The translations under genes were made by a program, and so were the position numbers. Positions 36,162 through 45,700 of a stretch of 64,000 nucleotides of DNA are shown piece by piece. The notes below the pieces were generated by a model that was not told where the DNA came from, did no database searches, and worked only from the letters and a program-made list of their open reading frames with translations. Origin of the DNA: Clostridia bacterium (lineage in GTDB: Bacteria > Bacillota > Clostridia > Christensenellales > Borkfalkiaceae); contig JAJPYR010000052.1 of the NCBI GenBank assembly GCA_021204825.1, positions 550 to 64,549 of the forward strand. The letters are read 5' to 3'. The stretch's first letter is position 1, and every line of letters begins with the position of its first letter.

Positions 36162-36508
36162 GAAAAATTTTCTATTTAGTTGTCGTTTGCGGGACTCGCC
36201 TCCCATGCGACTTTCTTTTGGTTTTGGAACCGCGCAGCCATTTATTGCAACCGCTAATCACTTGTCGCCCCAGGAATCAGATTCCCTCCATAAAGCTGTT
36301 CATTGGTAAGTTCCTCCTTACACTTCTATCGTTGAGGTACAGTAAAGTCTGTCAAAATGAATCATGGCTTCACCTCCTACGATATCCCCTATCATAAAGA
36401 GACGTCTTATGAAAATTTTTATCCCCTGTCTCAGGTCCTAAGAAACTACTCTCCAAATGCTATATTTTGTTGGCGCCTAACATTTTTTGTTAGTTTCTTT
36501 CTTTTTCT
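36134..36508 (-). ncRNA. Orphan ~375-nt transcription unit (unclassified sRNA or micropeptide mRNA)
   Basis: Bounded by a consensus promoter (36515-36542) and a strong terminator, with no ORF of 60 aa or more. Contains AGGAGGTG-5 nt-ATG (15 codons, 36365-36318) and TAAGGAGG-8 nt-ATG (8 codons, 36303-36277). Confidence 0.45.
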
Positions 36509-36514
36509 GGCTTA

Positions 36515-36542
36515 ATTATAGCACATCGAGGGAAGTTGTCAA
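36515..36542 (-). promoter_or_regulatory. Near-consensus sigma-70 promoter of orphan transcript
   Basis: Minus strand TTGACA (36537-36542), 16 nt, extended -10 TGcTATAAT (36515-36520). Confidence 0.7.
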
Positions 36543-36928
36543 TACCCAAAAACAAAAAAAATCTGTGATTTTTTTGCATTTCGGGAAAAATTGTGCACAT
36601 TGCATAACGAATCCGACAAAACCATGCCCGGTGTGGGGACACTTTGCTCCATTAAAGTCCAAAGTATGCGCATATATGCACGGATTCAAGGGCGGAGCAA
36701 GGCGGGAAGGGATATGCGACATAAGCCACGGGAGTGTGCTTTGGGCATGTGAGAGGGGCAGGATAATGGACTGAACCGGATGAAATGCAATAAAAATGTA
36801 CCATTATTGCAGAATTTTTTGTGAATTATTAACATTCCTGCCGGGATTTCAGAGTTTGCCCCATTTGTTTACCATTTGACGGGGCGGGTGCTATACTGTA
36901 TGCGAAATTCTGGAAGGAGGTCCGCAGT

Positions 36929-38404
36929 ATGTTCTCAGGCAATTCAACGCTCGGTTTCGTTGCCGTTCTAGCAATCATTCTTGCATTCACCAAACTGTTC
37001 GGGCTCATCTTCCACAAGATCGGCCTTCCGCAGGTTTTGGGCTACATAGTGGCCGGCATCCTTATAGGCCCCGCCATCTTCGGAGACTTTGCCGGATACT
37101 GTCTCATAGGCTTTGAGGACTCCGGATACACAGCCCTGTTCACCCTTCCTGCCAGCGCGGCAGACGGCACAGGTTTCAACGTGTCCAACGCCCTGGACAT
37201 CTTCTCCAAGATAGGCGTGCTGCTTCTCATGTTCTCCACAGGCCTGGAGACGGATATAAAGCAGATGAGGAAGACGGGCGTCACGGCGCTCCTTGTTGCA
37301 CTCGTGGGCGTTCTGGTGCCTTTTGCGCTCGGCATTGTAATCTCGCTGCCTTTCGGAAACATAGGGCTCGGGTTTGAGACGCCTGCCAACCTGTACAGAT
37401 GCATCTTCGTGGGAACCATTCTCACGGCCACAAGCGTAGCCATTACAGTTTCCGTATTGAAGGAGCTGGGAAAGATAAGCACAAAGCTCGGGACCACGAT
37501 AGTCTCGGCTGCAATTATAGATGATGTAATAGGCATCGTTCTTCTGTCCATCGTAACCGGCATCGCGCAGGCTTCCACGGAGCAGGAGTATGCGAACGGC
37601 TTTGAAGCATTCAAGGGCACCATATACGGCACCATAATAATGATTGTGGCCTTCTTCGTATTCGCCATCGCTGTCGGCTGGGTGCTTTCCAAGATATTCA
37701 AGTGGATGGACAGGAGATGGCCCAACCATCACAGAATCCCCGTCTTCTCCATAGCCGTATGCTTCGCATATGCATGGATTGCGGATGAGATCTTCGGCGT
37801 TGCAGACATTACCGGCGCATTCCTTGCAGGAATAGTCCTTTCCACGGACCACAGGGCAAGCCAGTATACGGACAAGAAGGTGGACGTCAACACGTACATG
37901 ATCTTCTCGCCTGTATTCTTCGCCAACATAGGCATCTCCAACATAACCTTTGCAGGCCTGGACCCCACAATCCTTCTGTGGGCATTCCTTGCAGTCATCA
38001 TGGGGCTCATAGGAAAGGTTGTAGGCTGCGGAGCAGTATTCAAGGCATTCAAGTACAACTGGCGCGAGAGCACAATAGGCGGCGTAGGCATGATGGCCCG
38101 AGGGGAAGTGGCCCTCATCATTACCTCCACGGTCACAAGCTCGGCTCTGGGCGAGTATGCCCTTCCGTCCGAGTTCATGATAATGACCGTGCTTCTCATA
38201 CTGTTCTCCTCAATCCTCACGCCCATCATGCTCAAGGTCTTCTACAAAGGAGACAAGAGCGGCCTTCCGCTCTCCGGCGGAGGCCTCACAGAAACCGTCC
38301 CGGATTCCGAAGGCGGAGAGGGTGCATCCGCACCATCCCCAGACTCCGGCGGCACATCATCCGGCCCGGAGCCGGACCCCTCTGCCCCTGCAGAAGGCAA
38401 GTAA
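36929..38404 (+). CDS. Cation:proton antiporter (CPA2/Kef-type) with S/G/P-rich C-terminal tail
   Basis: LGLPQVLGYIVAGILIGP at the N-terminus and about 12 TM segments. SD GGAAGGAGG. Confidence 0.85.
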   Translation: MFSGNSTLGFVAVLAIILAFTKLFGLIFHKIGLPQVLGYIVAGILIGPAIFGDFAGYCLIGFEDSGYTALFTLPASAADGTGFNVSNALDIFSKIGVLLLMFSTGLETDIKQMRKTGVTALLVALVGVLVPFALGIVISLPFGNIGLGFETPANLYRCIFVGTILTATSVAITVSVLKELGKISTKLGTTIVSAAIIDDVIGIVLLSIVTGIAQASTEQEYANGFEAFKGTIYGTIIMIVAFFVFAIAVGWVLSKIFKWMDRRWPNHHRIPVFSIAVCFAYAWIADEIFGVADITGAFLAGIVLSTDHRASQYTDKKVDVNTYMIFSPVFFANIGISNITFAGLDPTILLWAFLAVIMGLIGKVVGCGAVFKAFKYNWRESTIGGVGMMARGEVALIITSTVTSSALGEYALPSEFMIMTVLLILFSSILTPIMLKVFYKGDKSGLPLSGGGLTETVPDSEGGEGASAPSPDSGGTSSGPEPDPSAPAEGK

Positions 38405-38571
38405 CGCCCCGGCGCAGCCCTGCCGCAGCAGGGCAGGCAGCCAAGGTGCCAATAAAGGCAGCCGCAACAACCATCCATATCTAAGGCAGCATAAAACCCG
38501 CAGAGACAACTCTGCGGGTTTTGCAATGCCTTGTTCAATTGGCTGCCGGCTGGCTCACTGTGGCCTTTTGC

Positions 38572-38802
38572 TTATCTGGAAAGCACCCATGCGCGGACGT
38601 CCGCCTTGTCAATAGGCGTTATGCTCTCCTGTGGGTATTTGGATTTGTATCCGCCGTAGGTGTAGATGAAGTAAAGCCCGTCTTTTGTAATGTATAATGT
38701 CTCTTCATAGCCGTATGGATCGCCGGGAACACCGCAGGTGAATTTCTTGTCTATGACGGAGGATGCGGTATCATACATAACCCCGTCTATGGCCTTGCAC
38801 AT
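38572..38802 (-). CDS. Small hypothetical protein (76 aa)
   Basis: TTGACA, 17 nt, TAAACT promoter and a GGAG SD upstream. YDTASSVID...ETLYITKDGLYFIYTYGG...ITPIDKADVRAWV resembles a recurrent small Firmicutes protein family with no known function. Confidence 0.55.
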   Translation of the reverse strand: MCKAIDGVMYDTASSVIDKKFTCGVPGDPYGYEETLYITKDGLYFIYTYGGYKSKYPQESITPIDKADVRAWVLSR

Positions 38803-39448
38803 AAAAATTCACACTCCATATAATCATAACTTACGTCGCGGTTTGAAGTTTAACACCCGCCGCAGAATCTGTCAAACTGCGCAAAACAACTTTTCCCGGG
38901 CCCCTGTCTTTTGTGAGATTACACAATAATTTGTTATTCACACGCACAAAACTGCATCATGCGCCGTATCCGATGCCGCTTGCGTCCGCAGATTTTATGC
39001 ATTATGCATTGCCCGTCCATATGTGCATTGTCTGCCCCGGAAACTGCTCCGGATTCCTGTGCCTTGCGACTGAAGCCTGCTGCAGCCGGCAATCTGTTCT
39101 TCCGGCCCGCTTCCTGCGCCGGAGAGTCCGTTCCGCATTTCATGAAATTTTCTGCAAACATGGCCTCAAGAGCCCGTTCTTTCCGCCGCAGCGGGCAGCA
39201 AAAGCGCACTGAGTGCAGCGCTCCGGCATTTTTACATATTCCGCACTTTTCCATGACTAAAATAGTGCCGCAGTATATATGCACGTTTGCACGAAGCGCA
39301 GAGCATATGCTATGCGGTGCGGCATACAGACCATATGCATGCCAGTCCCTGAAAAATTGCTGTTTGCAGCCTATACATAAAGTTTGGCTGAAGGCAGGCG
39401 CCGTTTGCCTTCTTTTGGTGAAAGTTACCATGCTTTTCCATCACAATA

Positions 39449-39477
39449 TTGACATTTTGTCTAAAAATTTCTATACT
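39449..39477 (+). promoter_or_regulatory. Strong promoter ~285 nt upstream of giant surface-protein gene
   Basis: TTGACA (39449-39454), 17 nt, TATACT (39472-39477). Confidence 0.6.
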
Positions 39478-39762
39478 CTACTCGCAAAACCAAGGTCATT
39501 TTGCACTGTTGGGATTGCAACTTTTTCAAACTGAACAAATCATATTCAAAGGGTACCCTTTGGCATGGACTGCTTTGCAGTCCATGCATACACTCTTGTA
39601 AGCCCTTGTAATCAGGACATTGCATCCACATTGGCGGCAATATACAGACAGGCTTATTAAGGGAACATCTCCGAAGAGTATCCTTCGCAGCGGGCGGCGG
39701 AAATGCTGCCAATGCTCCTTGTGCTTTTGCAGGACACCGTAAAGGTATGACTGGGGGATGTT

Positions 39763-42700
39763 ATGAAGCGGATTACCAAATGCATAGTGGCTTTGCTTTT
39801 CTGCGTGGCAATTGTGTGCTGCGCCCTGGCCGCCGGATGCACATTAACTAATGTGAAGATATATCTGGAGGGGGAGGAAGGCATCTCGTTCAATACTGAA
39901 GAAGTGGAGACGGATACAGACGGCAATGCGTACATAAGTGCGTGCAGAGGCTGCACTTATGCCGTGGACGCCATAACCTCCGGCTGTTACACCTTGGATC
40001 CCGGCTGCCATCTGGAAGGCTGGACGCTGTACGTGGACGACGTAAAGCAGGAGATATCCGGCACCGAGACGGCCCTCACCTTTGAGTTCAAGGTAAACTA
40101 CGGATCCACATACACTCTCAAAGCCAGCGTTGCCCCTGCCGAGACAACGGATATAACCCTTGAGGGCGCAGACGGGCTTACAATCCAAACGCAAACAATC
40201 TCCGCTATCATAGACGTTCCATTCTCCGTATCCACCATCCCGGATGACGCATACACCCTTGAGGGTGACTGCACCTTCAACGGATGGACCCTTTACGTGG
40301 ACGGTGAAGAGACCGAAATGCCGGATGACGGCACCTTCACTCCGGAAAGCGGCCACACATACGTTCTCAAAGCAAACACTATTATTCCTGTGGAATCCGT
40401 TACAGTCAGCCAGTCTGCAGTATCCCTTACACTTGGGTCGGATGACGTATCCAAAGAATCTGCAAGCGTAACTGTTTCTGTAACGCCGGATAATGCCTCC
40501 AGCAAAAACTGGACGGCGTCAAGCAGCGACACAGGGGTTGCCACTGTAACTGAGAGCGGCGAAGGAAACGGCTCCATAACCATTACAGCCGTGTCCAAAG
40601 GCAACGCCACCATAACAGTAACAGCATCGGACGGCAGCGGCAAGTCTGCAGACATAGAGGTAACAGTAACCCAGCTTGTTACAGGCATATCTGCAGATGC
40701 AAGCCAGGCAGAGCTTCCTGCAGGCGTATCCATTGAATGCGGCATTACTGTAACTCCTTCAGATGCAACAGACACAAGCTGGACGGCGTCAAGCGCGGAT
40801 TCATCTGTTGCAAGGGTTTCTCTGGATAATGATTCATTCAGCGAGTCAGTCACAGGAACTGGTGATGCAACTCTGTACATCAATGGCGAGGGCATCGGCG
40901 AAACTGCCATAACCATAACGTCCACAGACGGCAATGCCACATACTCAATCAGTGTGACAGTTGTGGCATCTGAGACTGGATTCTCCATAACATCATATGA
41001 TGACACGCTGTATGTGGGCGGTGGCACTTCTGCATTTGCAGCCACCATGTACTTCTCGGATAACTCCAGCCGTACCAGCGGATTTACCTGGTCGTCTTCA
41101 GATCCCTCCGTTGCCACAGTCAACAACTATGGCGAGGTAACGCCGGTTGCAAAGGGCACGACCACAATAACGGCATCCTGTTTATATGAAGGCGAGACAT
41201 ACACTACAGCCGGAGTAGTGGTAACGGTAGTGCAGCTTGTAACGGAGATTAAGACAAGCGAGACATCCGTAAGCCTTACTGTCAACGGCTCAAATAATAC
41301 AGCAGCCATAACAGTATCCGCAGAGCCTTCAGATGCGGATGTGCAGACCTGGACAGCGGCAAGCAGCAACGAAAGCATAGCCACAGTATCTCAGAGCGGA
41401 GATACAATAACCATCACGGCCGTTGCGACAGGCAGCGCTTCAATAATCATTGCATCTACGGACGGCGGGGCTGAGGCTGCAGTCAATGTTTCCGTAACCA
41501 ATCCCATATCCGGCATATCAATCAGCTCAGATCTCCATGAGATAACCGTTGGCAGCAGCACAGCATTAGACATCACCGTTACTCCATCGGATGCGGATGA
41601 AACAGGCTGGACCATTTCCAGCAATTCAGATGCCGTGACCCTTGGCACAACAAGCGGAGCCGGCACAGAAACAGTAACCGTCACAGGAGCGAAGGCCGGC
41701 ACGGCTGCCATAACGGTAATTTCCACAGCAGACTCCAACATTACGGCCTCCATAGAGGTAACGGTAGTGCAGCTTGTTACAGAAATTACAGCAGGCGAGT
41801 CTTCCGTATCCCTCATTCTCGGCGGAGATGAGGCAGATACAACAGCAGACGTAACAATCTCTATAACCCCGGATGATGCCTCCAATAAAGATTGGACTGC
41901 AACCAGTGATAATGAAGATGTTGCAACAGCTACATCCAGCGGAGAGGGAGACGGCAGCGTAACCATTAAAGCCGTTAAGGCCGGCACGGCTACAATAACC
42001 ATAGCATCCGCAGACGGCAATGCAAGAACAACAATCTCCGTAACCGTGACCCAGCTTGTAACAAGCATTGAAGCAGGACAGTCTTCCGTATCCCTTGTTC
42101 TCGGAACAGATGACACAGCCAACGAGTCCGCTACGGTAGCCATTACTGTAACGCCTTCAGATGCTTCCGATGCAGCCTGGACTGCATCTAGCAGTGATAC
42201 TGGCGTTGCTACAGTAACAGAGAGCGGAAACGGCTCCGGCAACTTAACAATCACGGCCACAGCAGCAGGTACGGCAACCATAACCATTACCGGAACAGAT
42301 GCCAATGCAAAGACAGCTACAGTACAGGTAACGGTAACCCAGCTTGTAACCGGATTCACTTTAGGCGAAGAGTCTGTGGACCTCACTCTCGGCGGAGATT
42401 CTTCACTTGCTTCCACAATCGTAACAGTGCAGGTAGATCCTTCAGATGCTACCAACCAGGAGTGGACTGTATCAAGCGATGATACATCAGTTGCAACTGT
42501 TGCAAAGAGCGGAGACAACTCTGGTGTAGTCATTACAGCAGTAAAGGCCGGAGATGCCACAATAACCATCACAGCATCAGATGACGGCGCCGTAACAGCT
42601 ACAATTTCCGTATCCGTAACGCAGCTCGTAACCAAGATTGAAGCAGCCTCTAATTATGTAGAGCTTCCTGTAGGCGAAACCAGCATTACCCATACAGATG

Positions 42701-45700
42701 AAATAACAACTATTGAGCCTTCAGATGCATCCAACATGAACTGGACTGCTACAAGCAATGACACAACTGTGGCAACAGTTACACCTGAGAGCGGAACCGG
42801 CACAGGCGTATCCATAACCATAACCGGTGTGGCAATGGGCGAGGCCACCATAACCATAGGCTCCGAAGACGGTAACGTTACGTATGAAATAACTGTAAAG
42901 GTAGTGGCGGCCGAGACAGCATTCTCTATAACATCATCCACAAGCACACTGTATGTAGACGGGGATTCCTCCACATTCGTGGCTACGATGTACTTCTCAG
43001 ACGGCACCAGCATAACAGAAGGTTTCACATGGACATCCTCAGATTCTTCCGTAGCTACAGTAGAAGATGGCGTTGTAACACCTGTTGCAAAGGGCACAAC
43101 AACTATAACCGCTACATATGAGTATGAGGACGAAACCTTCACTGTATCCAATCCTATAGAGCTTACAGTAGAGCAGCTCGTAACAAGCATTGAAGCCGGA
43201 GAGAATTCTGTAGACCTTGTTCTCGGCGGAGATTCTTCACTTGCTTCTGCAACAGTTGACATCACTGTAGCACCTTCAGACGCCAACAACCAGGCTTGGA
43301 CAGCAACAAGCGACAATGAATCCGTTGCAACCGTAACAGCCAGCGGTGAGGGTACAGGCAGCATAACCATTACGGCGGTTGCTGCAGGAACAGCCACTAT
43401 AACCATCAAGGCGTCAGACAACGGCGGCGAGACGGCTATAATAACCGTAAACGTAACTCAGCTTGTAACCAGCATCACGGCAGATGAGGATTCTGTATCA
43501 CTCATCCTCGGCGGAGATGAAGATGATGCTTCCACAACAGTAGCCATAACTGTAGAGCCTTCAAACGCTACAAACGCAGCCTGGACAGCAACCAGCAATG
43601 ACGAGACAGTTGCTACAGTAGAATACACAGGCAACGGAACAGGCACAGTAACAATCACAGCGGTAGCAGCCGGCACAACAACCATAACCATTACCGGATT
43701 AGATGCCAATGCCAAGACAACTACCATAACCGTAACAGTAACCCAGCTCGTGACAAACATCACGGCAGATGAGACTTCTGTGACACTCATTCTTGGTTCT
43801 TCAGATACCGCAAATGAGTCCGCTACAGTAACCATCACAGTAGAGCCCACAGACGCCACTAACGCTGCATGGACGGCATCAAGCAGTGATACAGATGTTG
43901 CAACAGTAACAGGTACAGGCAACGGCACTGGCAGCATAACAATCACAGCCGTGGCAGCAGGCACGGCAACAATAACCATTACCGGAGCAGACGCCAATGC
44001 CAAGACGGTTGCAATCTCTGTAACAGTAACCCAGCTTGTAACAGAAATCACTGCAAGCGAGTCCTCCGTAGACCTCATCCTTGGCTCCGGAGACACGGCC
44101 AATGAGTCTGCTACAGTAACCATTACTGTAGATCCTTCAGACGCTACAAACGGAGCATGGACTGCAGAGAGCAGCAATACAGGCGTTGCAACAGTAGAAT
44201 ATACTGGAAACGGAACAGGCAGTATAACAATCACAGCAGTTGCAGCAGGTGAGGCTACAATAACCATCACCGGAACAGACGCCAATGCAAAGACTGCTTC
44301 CATAACCGTTAACGTAACCCAGTACATAACAGGCTTCACGCTAGGCAGTGATTCTGTTGCACTTATCCTTGGCGGAGATGCAGATGATGCAACTGCAGAT
44401 GTAACAGTAGCTGCAGTTCCTACAGACGCATCTAACCAGAACTGGACAGTATCCAGCAGCAATACGGGCGTTGCTACAGTATCCAAGGCCGGAGATGATT
44501 CATACATCACTATAACAGCAGTTGCAGCAGGCGAGGCAACAATAACCATTACGGCATCAGACAATGGCGCAAAGACCGTTATAATCTCCGTATCCGTAAC
44601 ACAGCTTGTAACCAAGATTGAGGCGGAGGAGTCTTCTGTATCCCTTACGCTTGGAACAGACAGCACAGCCAATGAGTCTGCTACAGTAGCCATTACCGTA
44701 TCTCCGGATGATGCCTCCAACGCAGCATGGACTGCAACCAGTGATGATGAAGATGTTGCAACTGTAACATCTGGCGGCACAGGAGAGGGTAGCATAACCA
44801 TTAAAGCCGTTAAGGCCGGCACGGCTACAATAACCATTGCATCCTCAGACGGCAATGCAAGCACAACAATCACTGTCTCTGTAACTCAGCTCGTAACAAG
44901 CATTACTCTTGAGCCTTCAACAGATACAGATATCATTGTCGGAGACACTCTGGATGTAACTGTAATGGTTGGACCGGAGGATGTAACAGATGATTCCTGG
45001 ACTGTATCCAGCGGCAATGATTCCGTTGCGTCTATAACAAAGAATGAAAATGGCACATTCACCATTACTGGTGCGACCGTAAGCGCAACTCCTGTTACCA
45101 TAACGGTAACAGCAGGAGACGGCAGCGGCGTAACAGCTGCAATCACTGTAACAGTAGTTGCCAGAGAGGAAGGCTTCTCCATAACGACATCCACAGACAC
45201 GCTGTATGTAGACGGAGATACCTTCACCTTTGAAGCTGCAATGACCTTCTCAGACAGCACAAGCATAACGGAAGGCTTCACGTGGACATCTTCAGATTCT
45301 ACTGTGGCTACAGTAGATTCCGAGACAGGCGTTGTAACACCCTTAGCAAGTGGCACAACCGACATTACCGCCACATATGAGTATGAAGGCACAACATACA
45401 CAACAACTGCCGTAACTGTAAGAGTCATACAGCTTGTAACAGCAATCGAGACAAGCGAGTCTGAAGTAAATCTTACAGTCAACGGATCGGCAACTGTTAC
45501 TATATCCGTAACACCGGATAATGCAGATGACCAGACATGGTCTGCTGTATCCAATTCCGCATCCGTTGCCACGGTCACAGACAACGGGAACGGCACAATC
45601 ACCATCACGGCTGTTAGCGTCGGCAGTACTTCAATCGTTATAGCATCCACAGATCAAGGCGCCGAAGCTGTTATCACTGTCGTTGTAACCAATCCTGTAA

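Noticed and set aside
36134-36508. Possible tmRNA, RNase P RNA, SRP RNA, 6S RNA, or glmS/cobalamin/ydaO elements for the orphan transcript.
   Set aside because: There is no GGTTCGAATCC-type T-arm or alanine tag ORF (tmRNA), no GAGGAAAGTCC...ACAGAA cores (RNase P), no GGAAGCAGC domain IV (SRP), and no long imperfect duplex (6S). The riboswitch cores are also absent. The unit is left unclassified.
38934-39534. Overlapping ORFs 38934-39431 (-, 165 aa) and 38959-39534 (+, 191 aa).
   Set aside because: They occupy the same DNA on opposite strands. Both lack an SD, are Cys/Arg-rich and resemble no family. They are treated as non-coding or decayed sequence.
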